A stretch of 63,923 nucleotides of DNA, filler included. It is 3 parts of 3 records of this genome, joined end to end, with 100 filler letters (N's around TTAATTAATTAA, not from the genome) between each part and the next. Parts side by side here need not be neighbours in the genome. Positions count along the whole stretch, not along the records: positions 1 to 24,428 come from SRR20825006_1066; 2 more parts are not named here. One strand, given 5' to 3'. The position numbers and the translations under genes were made by a program. Under the pieces are notes generated by a model. The model saw only the letters and a program-made list of their open reading frames with translations. It searched no databases and was not told where the DNA came from. This document shows positions 1 to 10,496 of this stretch, piece by piece. Within the stretch, counting starts at the first letter, position 1. The number at the start of each line of letters is the position of its first letter.

Positions 1-570
1 CCAAAAATGTGGGAATTGCCAAAAGAACTGAATCATAAATAAAGTTCCTGGCTCTATTCCAAATTCATTTGTTGCAGCAACCCAACCTAACATAAAAGGG
101 ATTGCTCCTGGAAAGGCTCCAACAAACACCGCTAACGGCGTTTTTGTCTTTAAAGGTGTATAAACACAGGTATATAAAAAAATAGAAATAGCTCCAAACA
201 TTGCTGTTTTAGGATTAACTACATAAAGTGTAATTACTCCTAAAATGGTAAAAGTAATTGCTATTGTAAAGGCTACATTAACAGACATTCTTCCAGAAGG
301 AATTGGTCTGTTTTGTGTACGCTTCATCAACGCATCTAAATCTTTTTCTATTAACTGATTAAAAGCATTTGAAGCTCCTACCATAAAATAGCCTCCGAAA
401 GCTAAAAGAAGTAAAACTTTCCAACTAAAAGTCTCTGCACCCAATAAATATCCAGCTATGGAAGAAAAAACCACACTAAATGCGAGACCTGCTTTTGTAA
501 TTTGTTTAAAATCATCAAAAATCAGGGAAAATGTATTTGTATTTGTAGTTGTATCCAACGCGGTTTTCAT
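1..570 (-). CDS. cyoE: Heme o synthase (protoheme IX farnesyltransferase), 3' end outside window
   Basis: Manual translation from ATG at 570: MKTALDTTTN...ASNAFNQLIEKDLDALMKRTQNRPIPSGR...YTPLK...FFWQFPHFW, typical UbiA/CtaB motifs; not in ORF track because it is open at the window edge. Confidence 0.93.
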   Translation of the reverse strand, partial: MKTALDTTTNTNTFSLIFDDFKQITKAGLAFSVVFSSIAGYLLGAETFSWKVLLLLAFGGYFMVGASNAFNQLIEKDLDALMKRTQNRPIPSGRMSVNVAFTIAITFTILGVITLYVVNPKTAMFGAISIFLYTCVYTPLKTKTPLAVFVGAFPGAIPFMLGWVAATNEFGIEPGTLFMIQFFWQFPHFW

Positions 571-591
571 CAATCCATTCTAAATCGGGTG

Positions 592-599
592 CAAAGATA
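592..599 (-). promoter_or_regulatory. Bacteroidetes sigma70 -7 element (TATCTTTG) for cyoE
   Basis: Exact TAnnTTTG match 22 nt upstream of the start codon. Confidence 0.6.
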
Positions 600-734
600 A
601 CTCACAAAAGGTTTTTATGCAATGATTTAACTAATGAACTCATCCTGATTTTCCCAATTAACTAAAAAAACACCTTTTTGTACTCGCTTTTTATCTTTTC
701 CAGCTCTGCAACACTGCTATGTTACTCAAAAAAA

Positions 735-761
735 ATACCTCGAGGCAAACCCACGAGGTAT
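735..761. repeat. GC-rich REP-like hairpin
   Basis: ATACCTCG-N11-CGAGGTAT perfect 8-bp inverted repeat in AT-rich intergenic DNA. Confidence 0.5.
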
Positions 762-900
762 GAATTGAAACAAATTTAACTCATTTCAATGTAAAGTTCT
801 TTAATATACTCAGGACAAGCTCTTCGGGATCAAACCCTCCATAAGGAATTAAACACAAAAAAGGCATTGCACTACAATTTAAAAATCGCATCCAGTTAAA

Positions 901-1680
901 TTACTGCACTTTAAAAATTATAGGTTTTAAAAAAACAACATCAACCTCCTGATTACCCTGTTTCCCGGGCTTCATCTGAGGTATCAGCCCTGTAACTCGC
1001 GCCGCTTCTTTCTCTAATGATTTATGAGGAGCTCGAACTTTAACATCAGAAACTTCTCCTTGTTTATTAATCTTAAACTGAACATCTATCCTTAATGTCC
1101 CACTCAACCCATAATCTGAAGCTATTGATGCGTCAAAATTTTTCTGAACAATCCTATTAATTTTATCACTCATACAATCTCTACGCTCGCTATTTGTTTC
1201 CAAAGTTTCACAACCAGGAAAAACAGGAACAAACTCAACAGTATTTATTGAGATAGGACCTATGTCTTCCACAGGCTCCGCATTAACTATATCGTCTACT
1301 GATACTTCTATTTTATCTTCTGATTTATTTAAAAACTCATCTTTAGCATCAATTTTAGTATCATCATCTACCACTTTCAATTCATCAATCAATTTTGAAA
1401 TTTTCGGAAGGTCATTTTTCTGTGTAACTTCTTTAACCTTTTCTACTTCAAAAGCAGGCATTACATACACTTTCTCCTCTTCTAACATAGATACTTCAGG
1501 TAAATTAGCCGCTTCTGGAATTGCAAATGCAGTTTCGATTAAAAAATAACATCCTACCAAGGCTACTAACAATCCTATCTGAAAACGAATTACTCCACCT
1601 TTAATCTTAAAATCTTTTTTAGAAGCTCTTGATGAGCGGTCTTTAACAACTTCGGATTCTTTTTTTGTAAAATCTTTCAT
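901..1680 (-). CDS. tonB: Energy transducer TonB family protein (paralog 2)
   Basis: N-terminal TM helix, acidic linker, C-terminal TonB_C domain (PVFPGC...VQFKINKQGEV...EAARV...MKPGKQ...PIIFKVQ). Confidence 0.85.
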   Translation of the reverse strand: MKDFTKKESEVVKDRSSRASKKDFKIKGGVIRFQIGLLVALVGCYFLIETAFAIPEAANLPEVSMLEEEKVYVMPAFEVEKVKEVTQKNDLPKISKLIDELKVVDDDTKIDAKDEFLNKSEDKIEVSVDDIVNAEPVEDIGPISINTVEFVPVFPGCETLETNSERRDCMSDKINRIVQKNFDASIASDYGLSGTLRIDVQFKINKQGEVSDVKVRAPHKSLEKEAARVTGLIPQMKPGKQGNQEVDVVFLKPIIFKVQ

Positions 1681-1740
1681 AAATATATGGTTTTAAAATA
1701 GTTAACTTCAAAACCATATTCAAGAAACGTACCAAAAATA

Positions 1741-1770
1741 AAAAAGCCCGAGTTTTAAACTCAGGCTTTT
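1741..1770 (-). terminator. Rho-independent terminator after tonB paralog 1
   Basis: On minus strand AAAAGCCTGAGTTT-AAAACTCGGGCTTTT hairpin followed by T-rich tract. Confidence 0.7.
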
Positions 1771-1792
1771 AAAAATATTATATAAAACTAAA

Positions 1793-2503
1793 TTAGTTTA
1801 ATTTAAATACAATTGGGTAAGCAAATGTTACTGGTGTTGGTCTACCTCTTTGTTTACCAGGGATAAGTTTAGGCAATTTATTAATAATTCTTCTTGCCTC
1901 TTCATCTAAACTCTTATCTGGAGCTCTTGTATTAAGAATAGTAATAGTACCATCTTTATTAATACGGAAGTTTACATACACTCTACCTTGAATCCCCATT
2001 TCTTGAGCCATATCAGGGTAACGGAATGTTTTTCTTACGTGCTTATCAAGATTTTCTTTAAAACAAGTAAATTGCTGTGCTTTAGGAACACCTTTACAGT
2101 CTTCAAACATTGGTTTATCCTCAATAACTGTAAAAGGTACATCAACATCAATAGGCTCTTCAACCTCAACAATGTCTTCAACTTCTGCAATCTCTTCTTC
2201 TTGAGTAGTTTCAGTAGATTCAATAACTGTTTCCTCTACTTCTTCTTCATCTTCTACAACTTCAATAACCTCTGGTGCCGCTGGTGGCGGTGGAGGTGGT
2301 GGAGTTTTAATTTGCTCCGTCAAAGGCACTTCTTCCTCTAACTGCTCATCAACATCCATAGTATAATTAAAAGCTTCTACTTTGTCGTATTTTTTCCATT
2401 CGATTGCTTGCCAACACACAAACGAGATGATAGCTAGCCCGATAGCAAAGTATAAACCGCTATTACGAGTTAAGTCAGCTTTTGGATTCTTTTTAGGTTC
2501 CAT
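1793..2503 (-). CDS. tonB: Energy transducer TonB (paralog 1)
   Basis: MEPKKNPKADL start, TM helix, poly-Pro tract, TonB_C domain (YPDMAQEMGIQGRVYVNF). Confidence 0.92.
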   Translation of the reverse strand: MEPKKNPKADLTRNSGLYFAIGLAIISFVCWQAIEWKKYDKVEAFNYTMDVDEQLEEEVPLTEQIKTPPPPPPPAAPEVIEVVEDEEEVEETVIESTETTQEEEIAEVEDIVEVEEPIDVDVPFTVIEDKPMFEDCKGVPKAQQFTCFKENLDKHVRKTFRYPDMAQEMGIQGRVYVNFRINKDGTITILNTRAPDKSLDEEARRIINKLPKLIPGKQRGRPTPVTFAYPIVFKLN

Positions 2504-2567
2504 AATCTATATATTTGTTTGCTAATTTAATTATTTATTTGTGTAATTTCCAATTAAATTTCCTTTT

Positions 2568-2963
2568 TTAACGCAATCTTCTTGCTAAATAAAAGTTTAT
2601 CAAAAAGATAGCTATTAAAATTCCTACTAAATTTGCGATAATATCTCTCAAATCAAAGGATCTTTCGTATGGTAATACATATTGTAATAACTCAATAATT
2701 ATACCATAAGCAAAAGAAAACAGAGAAACTTTAGAAATTGCTCTTTTTAAATTGATTTTTTTAAAGTAACAATAGAATAAAACTGTGTTTACAAAGTAAA
2801 AGACACCATGTACTAGTTTATCTGAAACTTCAATCCCCGATTCGACTTCTTTTACAATTTCAACGGAAACTAAACTTGCTACTGTAATACAAAACAGCCA
2901 TAAAACGGCTAAAAAAAGATACCAATTTTTATTAAGCTCCAATAAGTTCTTTATAATCGGCAT
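2568..2963 (-). CDS. VanZ-like family membrane protein
   Basis: DKLVH...Y and IELLQ..LP..RSFD..DIIAN..G motifs; hydrophobic; overlaps gcvH end. Confidence 0.85.
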   Translation of the reverse strand: MPIIKNLLELNKNWYLFLAVLWLFCITVASLVSVEIVKEVESGIEVSDKLVHGVFYFVNTVLFYCYFKKINLKRAISKVSLFSFAYGIIIELLQYVLPYERSFDLRDIIANLVGILIAIFLINFYLARRLR

Positions 2964-3312
2964 CGCTCAATAAATCTTCAACTTCAGAAGCATCAGAAAT
3001 TTTAATTTTAATCATCCAACCGTCTCCATAAGGATCTGAATTTACTTTTTCTGGCTCATCTTCTAGAGACTCATTAAACGCTATAATTTCACCAGAAAGT
3101 GGCAAAAATAAATCTGAAACTGTTTTTACAGCTTCAACTGTCCCGAAAATCTCTTCTCTTTCTAGAGTTTCATCTACGGTTTCTACTTCTACGTAAACGA
3201 TGTCTCCAAGTTCACCTTGAGCAAAATCTGTAACTCCTACGGTAGCTACATCGCCCTCTATTTTAACCCATTCGTGGTCTTTTGTGTATTTTAATTCTGA
3301 AGGAATGTTCAT
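2932..3312 (-). CDS. gcvH: Glycine cleavage system H protein
   Basis: [16 protein letters not shown] lipoyl-lysine motif, NSDPYGDGW. Confidence 0.97.
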   Translation of the reverse strand: MNIPSELKYTKDHEWVKIEGDVATVGVTDFAQGELGDIVYVEVETVDETLEREEIFGTVEAVKTVSDLFLPLSGEIIAFNESLEDEPEKVNSDPYGDGWMIKIKISDASEVEDLLSDADYKELIGA

Positions 3313-3342
3313 AAAAAATAAAATATTATAATATTAGCTCGA

Positions 3343-3350
3343 CAAATGTA
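3343..3350 (-). promoter_or_regulatory. Bacteroidetes -7 element (TACATTTG) for gcvH
   Basis: TAnnTTTG match upstream of the start. Confidence 0.55.
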
Positions 3351-3384
3351 ATTCTTTATACTAATGATTTCAAACAGAAAGTTG

Positions 3385-6300
3385 TTAATTTCCAAAATTA
3401 TATCGTAATGTAAACCCAGTACGAATAGTAGTTTGCGGAAATGCAGTGGAAACTTTAAACTCTGAGAACGTATGATCGTAAAAGAAAAGTGTTGTTAAAT
3501 TCTTGGTAAGCGCATAATCTGCAGTAAACTTAAGTGCCCAAATATTCTGCCCTGCTGTTACTTGATTTGTATTGATATCTAAATTTCTAATAACCGTTAT
3601 ATTGTCTCGTAACGATAAATCTGCTTTTAAATTTAAATCGCCTTTCAGTACATTTCTTCTTCCTCCAATATTAGTTACAAACCTAAGATCTGGAATTCTA
3701 TATCCTAAACCAACAACATATTCATTCCCTGCCATTTCAGTAAGTAAATTATTATCAAAACTTAAAGAAAGCGCTCTATCCTTTCTCATTTCTGCTAAAA
3801 CACTTACAGAATTATTCATTTCAAAATCCATTCTAATCAGTGGATTGAATTGCTCTACCAAGGTTGCATTGGTGTATAAAATTTCATTTTTATAGTTTCC
3901 TGATTGATCAAACTGACTTCCTTTTCCGTAATCCAAATTTGATCTAAAACTATTAATACTATAACTAGAACGATACCCGTGCGCCAAAGAAAAACGTCTA
4001 AAATTATCTTTAAACCATTGCATCCGCATAAGTCCAGTATACTTTACCGTCCAATTTGGTATTGGAGTATCTCTAAAAGCTCCTAAAGAGACACTACTTG
4101 CATTTTTACCAGTATAAGCGGCTATAAATGCAGGTAATAATACAGCTTGATTGGTTGGCCCATACCCAACAGGATAGTCAGCAGCATCTGGGTTTTCTGG
4201 TTCTCCAGCCAAGCGTTGGGCTATTAAAATTCTATTTTTACTGAATTGATTAAATGTTTCTGATGATTCTTCTTTAGTTTGATCAAAAGAAGTACCTATC
4301 ATTATTGTAGAAATTGAGAAATCTCCATATTGATTTTGAATAAGCGCATTATAGTCAAAAATCCCATCTCCATTTATATCTTCAATTTTATAGTTTTCAG
4401 CATACGATTCGGAATACTGCCTATCTGCTACCAAATCGATAGTTAAATCTCTAAAGGGCTGAACGTTTGCAGAAATATTCAATTGCGTAGCTTCTCTCGA
4501 CATATATTGCTGGTTAAATTCTGGAAAGGTAGTTAACCATCCTTTTTGGGCGGCTTCATAACGAACATCAGACTGACTTCCGAAAACAAACCCCCATGAA
4601 GGACGCAATGTTCCTATAAAACCAACCGACTCCGTATATCCCGGCAACACTTTTCCTGTGTTGGAAGTATAACTAAGATTGATTCTTTTAACCATGGTTA
4701 CCAAGTCTATCATTGTATTGTAACCTCCATACTTTTTAGTCTTAATTTCCGCTGGCGCTTGTTCTTGATCTGGATCGGCAATTGGTAAAGCCCCTCTAGA
4801 AGACTGATTTGCAGTAGTACCTGTTTTTCTTTTTAACCCGAGATAAGAATAGAGTTTATCCATTCCAAAAGAAGCATTTAAATTATGAGTACTTGCATTT
4901 TGAATTGTATTTAAATCTTCGCCTGCTACTTCATTTAAAACCTCACTTCCACGTTGCCAATCAAAATCTCCCGTATAGGCATAAGTTGCGGTAATAAAAT
5001 TTAAAAACGGAATCTTATCCAGCGGAATATCATAATTTAATTGAAGTTGCTGCATATGCCTATTTGGATCTCCAACATTCCAAAAACCATCCCACAGAGC
5101 GAGATCTCTATTTACAATCTGATCTCCATTTTCGTCTTCTTCAAAATAATTCTTTATAATATGATTGTTGGCAGCTGTAAAATTAAACTGCAACGACTTT
5201 GTCAAATTATAATTTACTGCATATTGCCAATCGAATAAATAATTTCGTTGCTGCACTTCTGGTAATCCTAATAGATTAGAAGAATCTCCTGCAGCTAAAA
5301 CTTGTCTAAAAGATTGTCTATTTAAAGTCCTTGTTATATTTGAATTTAAGGAAACACTTGTTGGAAGTAAATTGAAATTAAATTCTTTTAACCAATCCCA
5401 ATACTTACTTTTTAAAATAGAATCCGAATTCTTTAAAGGCACCACCTCCAATGGCTTAAAGTTATGATTATATAAAAACCCTGTTCTTACATTTTGATCC
5501 CTTAATCGTTCAATTTCATAATCTCTATGCTCTACTTGGTTGTAAGCAAAATTAAAAGTGAAGTTCTCAATACCGTATACCGTTGGTTTTTGCTCTTCTC
5601 CTCTATTTTTTCGAACTCCAATAAAGTTTATACTCTTTCTTTTTGTATAATCTTCAGCTTGATTTCTTATTTGCTCTCTTTCTTGAGTACTCGTTGCTGC
5701 ATCCAGTCTATCATCTAATTTTATATCTTGGTATAAAGGATCAAACTCTGGAGTAATTAATTCTTCAGAAACACTATAATTCATAGGCACTTGAACCCCC
5801 CAATTTTTAGGTAGTAATTGTCCCAAATTAACATTACTATTAAGTGCATAACCAACCACATCTTCACGACTTCTTTCATTTGGAGTCTGATCTATACTTC
5901 CAAATCCAGAAGTACTCATATTCCCAGTAGCCGAAACATTCGCAAAATCAGCCACGTTTAAATCCATTGCTGCTATTGCCGCCCATCCTCCTTCGTTATC
6001 TAATTCTGCCAAACGCAATTCGTTAAACCAAACCTCTCCACAAACATCATCTCCAACAGCCGAACTTGGATTTTTCACCCCAACCATAGCGGCTCTAATA
6101 TTTCCTAAACTAGGATTCCCTTTTACCGCAACTCGCATATCTCCAAGCTCTCGAGGTGCAAATTCATCAATTTCATTCCCTTCTTCATCATAATAAGTTA
6201 CCTCTTGAAGCGATCCATTAGCTATTCCGGCAGCTTTAATTTTTGAAAGTAAAGAAAGCGGTAAATCAATACTATTTATATCAGGCCAAATTGTTGATGG

Positions 6301-9300
6301 ATCTGTAGTCCCTCCAGGAGTTATCTGTAAAGGAACTTCTACTTGATAATAATTCTCTGTAAAATCTGTTCCTATTCTTAAAAAAGCAACCAAATCTCCA
6401 TCTGCTACCGGATTGGTTTTATATTGCTCTGCATGAACAAACATTTTTAAGCGCTTATACTGTCTAATATCAATATTAATACTTTTAAATACTCCTCGAG
6501 AATCTTCTGGTTCTAAGTCGCAAACGGCAAACGAAAGTGATTGTTCGTTCTGACGTATAATTGTATTGTTATTATTTAATTGTTCTCTAACAACCCCTGG
6601 CGGCAATCTATATGGAATAGGATCTCTTTGTTCGTTTTCTTGAATATTTACGGTATTTACATCCACAAAAGTACCATCGTCATCTGGATCTGGATCGTCT
6701 TCTGGCTGTAAACTTTGAGAGTAGTTTCTCCAATCTCCACGTACTAAGTCTAAGGTTCCAAAACGCAATACAATAGGATCATTAAATCCTGCCATAAACA
6801 TTCTCATAAAACTGATAGATCGGATATCGGTAATTCCTCCTATAGCCTCATCATATTCATCAATAGGAACTTTAAATTGAATCCACCGCACACGGTAATT
6901 ATCATTATTTGGTGTTTCCACCTCAACCTCTTTAATGTCTGTAACAAAAGGGTCGGTACGTTGAATATTTGGCCCAATTGGAATTCTATACTGAAAATAA
7001 CTATCCACCGTATTCATCGTTAAATCACGATCAACATCTTCCACATCTGGTAAAGTTGTAGAACCTCTATTATTATTTCCTACTTGTACAGGAGAATTTC
7101 CTTGCGGATTATTATAATTATAATATCTATTTAAGATGTCTCCAGTAGCTTCTAAATAAAACTGGTAGTTATCTAAAGCTGGATCTGGCCCTGGATTATT
7201 ATAAAAATTAGCCTCTTGATCATCTAAAAGTCCATCATAACCAGCATCTTGAATATTTCTATTGGAAGTATCTGCATTAAAAGCATAGACTAAAGATTGT
7301 GTTGAAGGTACTCTACCAAAAGAGGTAGTATTTACTAACGCAGGGTTACTTTCTACTGGCAATCCATTTTCATACTGCTTCCTTCCATCTTTTAAAATAT
7401 CTTCACTTATATTCCCTAAATTAAATACAAGTTCTCCACTTCCACCCGTTGTTGGACCATCTTCATAATAAGGATCTAAAAGCCAAAATTGGATATACTC
7501 AACATTAGATTGCTCAAAATTTGTACTATTAACAGAGCGCATAATTCCTCCCCAACGTTCTTGAGCTGGAAGTGTTTCGAAATTAGCATTATCGTTATAC
7601 TGTCCTTTCTCTCCAGGATAATATGCAACATCTAAAGTAGGCTGTACCAATGTTTGACCTTGTGCTACATCTTGCTGAGGAAAAATTTCATCAATAAAAA
7701 TTCGTCGTGTTTGATTTGTAGAGATATCATCATCCGTAATTCCTCCTGGACGTTGGTTACTATAAAAAATTGGATCAATAGTATACCATGCCATTTTTGC
7801 CCGTTTTGCTCTAGAGGCTATATTATCATTTTCAATTTCTCCTCCATATCCTATTGGAGCACTTGCTAAAGACCAAGCTAAAGAGGATCTAATATCTATA
7901 AATGCCTGAGCTCCCTCAAAATCGTCTAAATATGAGGTTGTTTCCCCATCAAAGTCGGAACTCTTTGGTGAGCCTGGCAATAAATAAGCAAAATCTCCAC
8001 GTACAGACAGGTTAGACGCTACATCGGTATCTATATTCGGAAGTTTATTTACTAACCTAGTTAAAAAAGGAAGCTCTTTAGAATAGTTTCCATTTAAACC
8101 AAGAATGGTATTATTTACAGGTTCAATTCCGAAGTTTGATTTTTGTGTTAACGGACGCTCACTCATATTTAAAAACGTACCTCCTAACATAAAATCTTCG
8201 TTAAATTGATGCTCTATATGAACTCCTGAAAATCTTCTAGTTTGTTGTCCAAAAACGGCATTGTTTTCCACAGACACTTCAATTGGAACATTGGATGCTC
8301 GTAGGCCTTCATCTAAAATCTGAACTGTTCCCGCCTGATAATTTACTGTATAATCAATTCCTTCTTGAAGCACTCTTCCGCCAGCAGTAACTCTTACAGA
8401 ACCTCGGGGAACATTAAAAGCACCTAATGGAATTCCTCCAGAACTTTCTGCTTTATAACGCCCTTTAAGCATAAACTTATTTTTCTCAGCACTTTCTAAA
8501 GAAGCAGCTTTTGTAAGTTTATACATGTTTCGATACACATATTGCGCTTGATTGTCATTATTAGGAGTAAAATTAGGATCATCATAGTTATTTCCTCCTC
8601 CTAAAACATCATATAAAAACTCTCCAAAAGGTTCTACTTTTGTAAACTTTATTAAGCCATTTTGTACATCTACAGTTACACCAGGCAGGAAGTCGAAGAA
8701 ACCATCTCCACCATTCTGCGGATCGTTATACACATTTAATCTGTCAAAATTAAAAACATCTAGCAATATTCTATCTTCCAATCCTTGCGGCCAAGTAGCA
8801 TCGTCTACCGGAGTGATGTAATTTATTGGTGAAGGATCTGTATATAAAATATTCATTCTGAAATCTTCTTGAGAAAGCTGATATGCTCCTGTTGAGTAGA
8901 AGTTTTTCATCATTAAATCCCATATAGGGTCGCTAACATTGGTAATATTACTTTTCAGCATTTTTAAAACTAACGCCTGAGGATTTACTTGCGTTACCAC
9001 CCCATTTGTTTCTTCAAACTCAGTAGCATTTACCCCATCATTTGCAAATTCCCCCACTTGATACACTTCCCCTTGATAGGTATATTGGAATGCAACAGCT
9101 AAAACCTCATCATTACTTAATCTTTGGTTTAAGGAGATATAACCGAGTTGTGTATCTACTGTGTATTCACGATTTGGCTCTAATTTTCTAGCATTTTCTA
9201 AGATAGAATAATCAAACCCCTGACTCGGATTATAGCCAGCAACATTAAATCCTTGCTGAACAGTAGCTATATCCCTAATAGATTCTGTCAACGCAGAACC

Positions 9301-10491
9301 AGCTCCCCCTATATTAAAAGGGTCGTAAGCATTGGAGGCATTTCGGGGTAAGTTATTAATAGTACCAAAAAATCCTGGAGGCGCATTCTGATTAATACGT
9401 GTATTGGCTGGCTCTGGTTCTCCTAAATCTTGAAGTGCCACTAAGTTTCTTACGTTATCTGTACGCTGTGCTCTATTTGTTACCCATACCTCAATTCTCG
9501 TAATTTGAACTTGACTTCTAATAAAAGGGTAATTTTCTAAGGCCTGATCGTATTGATCTCTAAAATATTGCGATAAGAAGAAGTGTCTATCTTCATCGTA
9601 ATCTAACGCTAATATCTCAAATTCATTGATAGTTCCTCCTCCTTGCGCTGTTACACTTCTACTTTGAGAGCGTTGTTCCGAAAAAACACCAGTTACAGTA
9701 GTTCTACCAAATTTCAATTCTGTTTTTACCCCAAAAAGACTTTGTGCTCCATTTATTAAAGAGCTATTAAGTGGCATACTTACATTACCAACTTCTATTT
9801 TCTGAATAATATCATCTTCATTTGGAGTATATTCAAGTTTTATAAGATTTTGAAAATCGAAGGTTGCCTCTGTATCATAATTTGCATTAATTGATAACCG
9901 CGTACCTACTCTCCCTAATAAACTCAAACTAATACGCTGATCAAAATCAAAGGAAACATTACTTCTATTTCTTGGTGATAAGGCTGGATTATCATTTTTT
10001 TGAAAACGCACTCCCAAGTCCATCGCCACAGATCCTTGTGGAATTACTTCTATAGTATTCCCTCCAAAAACACTTTCAAAGAAATTAGAATTCACATAAA
10101 AATTAGGTAAAAGATTTTTCTGAGCCTCTTCTGTTCCTTCTTTCCCAGAAACAGCATCGATTTTCTCTTTGAAATAATCTCTCATTTGCTCATTTAAAAT
10201 GAGTCGCTCATACTCTTCAGGAGTTAAAATAACAGGATAAGAGATATCATAATTCCCTATAGATTCTGTATAAATATATTTATCTGTTACTGGGTCGTAG
10301 GTATATTTTGAAGAAACGCTTTCTAACTTCTGCATTTTAATTCTACCCAAGGAAACCCCTGCCTGGGTGGAATCTTGCTCTTGCTCGGACTCCTCCTGGG
10401 AAAATACAGTAGTTGTTAAAAATAAACAGCAAACAACAATAAATATTCTTAACTGTTTATTAATTAAGTTAGGGCTGGTTATAGTTTTCAA
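3385..10491 (-). CDS. sprA: Type IX secretion system outer-membrane translocon SprA (Sov)
   Basis: 2368 aa, signal peptide, FESVFGGNTIEVIPQGSV, DFQNLIKLEY, C-terminal GFTLRYNFGN; position between ruvA and gcvH is typical of Flavobacteriaceae. Confidence 0.95.
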   Translation of the reverse strand: MKTITSPNLINKQLRIFIVVCCLFLTTTVFSQEESEQEQDSTQAGVSLGRIKMQKLESVSSKYTYDPVTDKYIYTESIGNYDISYPVILTPEEYERLILNEQMRDYFKEKIDAVSGKEGTEEAQKNLLPNFYVNSNFFESVFGGNTIEVIPQGSVAMDLGVRFQKNDNPALSPRNRSNVSFDFDQRISLSLLGRVGTRLSINANYDTEATFDFQNLIKLEYTPNEDDIIQKIEVGNVSMPLNSSLINGAQSLFGVKTELKFGRTTVTGVFSEQRSQSRSVTAQGGGTINEFEILALDYDEDRHFFLSQYFRDQYDQALENYPFIRSQVQITRIEVWVTNRAQRTDNVRNLVALQDLGEPEPANTRINQNAPPGFFGTINNLPRNASNAYDPFNIGGAGSALTESIRDIATVQQGFNVAGYNPSQGFDYSILENARKLEPNREYTVDTQLGYISLNQRLSNDEVLAVAFQYTYQGEVYQVGEFANDGVNATEFEETNGVVTQVNPQALVLKMLKSNITNVSDPIWDLMMKNFYSTGAYQLSQEDFRMNILYTDPSPINYITPVDDATWPQGLEDRILLDVFNFDRLNVYNDPQNGGDGFFDFLPGVTVDVQNGLIKFTKVEPFGEFLYDVLGGGNNYDDPNFTPNNDNQAQYVYRNMYKLTKAASLESAEKNKFMLKGRYKAESSGGIPLGAFNVPRGSVRVTAGGRVLQEGIDYTVNYQAGTVQILDEGLRASNVPIEVSVENNAVFGQQTRRFSGVHIEHQFNEDFMLGGTFLNMSERPLTQKSNFGIEPVNNTILGLNGNYSKELPFLTRLVNKLPNIDTDVASNLSVRGDFAYLLPGSPKSSDFDGETTSYLDDFEGAQAFIDIRSSLAWSLASAPIGYGGEIENDNIASRAKRAKMAWYTIDPIFYSNQRPGGITDDDISTNQTRRIFIDEIFPQQDVAQGQTLVQPTLDVAYYPGEKGQYNDNANFETLPAQERWGGIMRSVNSTNFEQSNVEYIQFWLLDPYYEDGPTTGGSGELVFNLGNISEDILKDGRKQYENGLPVESNPALVNTTSFGRVPSTQSLVYAFNADTSNRNIQDAGYDGLLDDQEANFYNNPGPDPALDNYQFYLEATGDILNRYYNYNNPQGNSPVQVGNNNRGSTTLPDVEDVDRDLTMNTVDSYFQYRIPIGPNIQRTDPFVTDIKEVEVETPNNDNYRVRWIQFKVPIDEYDEAIGGITDIRSISFMRMFMAGFNDPIVLRFGTLDLVRGDWRNYSQSLQPEDDPDPDDDGTFVDVNTVNIQENEQRDPIPYRLPPGVVREQLNNNNTIIRQNEQSLSFAVCDLEPEDSRGVFKSINIDIRQYKRLKMFVHAEQYKTNPVADGDLVAFLRIGTDFTENYYQVEVPLQITPGGTTDPSTIWPDINSIDLPLSLLSKIKAAGIANGSLQEVTYYDEEGNEIDEFAPRELGDMRVAVKGNPSLGNIRAAMVGVKNPSSAVGDDVCGEVWFNELRLAELDNEGGWAAIAAMDLNVADFANVSATGNMSTSGFGSIDQTPNERSREDVVGYALNSNVNLGQLLPKNWGVQVPMNYSVSEELITPEFDPLYQDIKLDDRLDAATSTQEREQIRNQAEDYTKRKSINFIGVRKNRGEEQKPTVYGIENFTFNFAYNQVEHRDYEIERLRDQNVRTGFLYNHNFKPLEVVPLKNSDSILKSKYWDWLKEFNFNLLPTSVSLNSNITRTLNRQSFRQVLAAGDSSNLLGLPEVQQRNYLFDWQYAVNYNLTKSLQFNFTAANNHIIKNYFEEDENGDQIVNRDLALWDGFWNVGDPNRHMQQLQLNYDIPLDKIPFLNFITATYAYTGDFDWQRGSEVLNEVAGEDLNTIQNASTHNLNASFGMDKLYSYLGLKRKTGTTANQSSRGALPIADPDQEQAPAEIKTKKYGGYNTMIDLVTMVKRINLSYTSNTGKVLPGYTESVGFIGTLRPSWGFVFGSQSDVRYEAAQKGWLTTFPEFNQQYMSREATQLNISANVQPFRDLTIDLVADRQYSESYAENYKIEDINGDGIFDYNALIQNQYGDFSISTIMIGTSFDQTKEESSETFNQFSKNRILIAQRLAGEPENPDAADYPVGYGPTNQAVLLPAFIAAYTGKNASSVSLGAFRDTPIPNWTVKYTGLMRMQWFKDNFRRFSLAHGYRSSYSINSFRSNLDYGKGSQFDQSGNYKNEILYTNATLVEQFNPLIRMDFEMNNSVSVLAEMRKDRALSLSFDNNLLTEMAGNEYVVGLGYRIPDLRFVTNIGGRRNVLKGDLNLKADLSLRDNITVIRNLDINTNQVTAGQNIWALKFTADYALTKNLTTLFFYDHTFSEFKVSTAFPQTTIRTGFTLRYNFGN

Positions 10492-10496
10492 GCCAG

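Noticed and set aside
2282-2303. GGT/GGC/GGA trinucleotide-like repeat
   Set aside because: It simply encodes the TonB poly-proline linker
2568-2963. vanZ as a glycopeptide-resistance determinant
   Set aside because: VanZ-like genes beside gcvH are ordinary in Flavobacteriaceae; no van cluster is present
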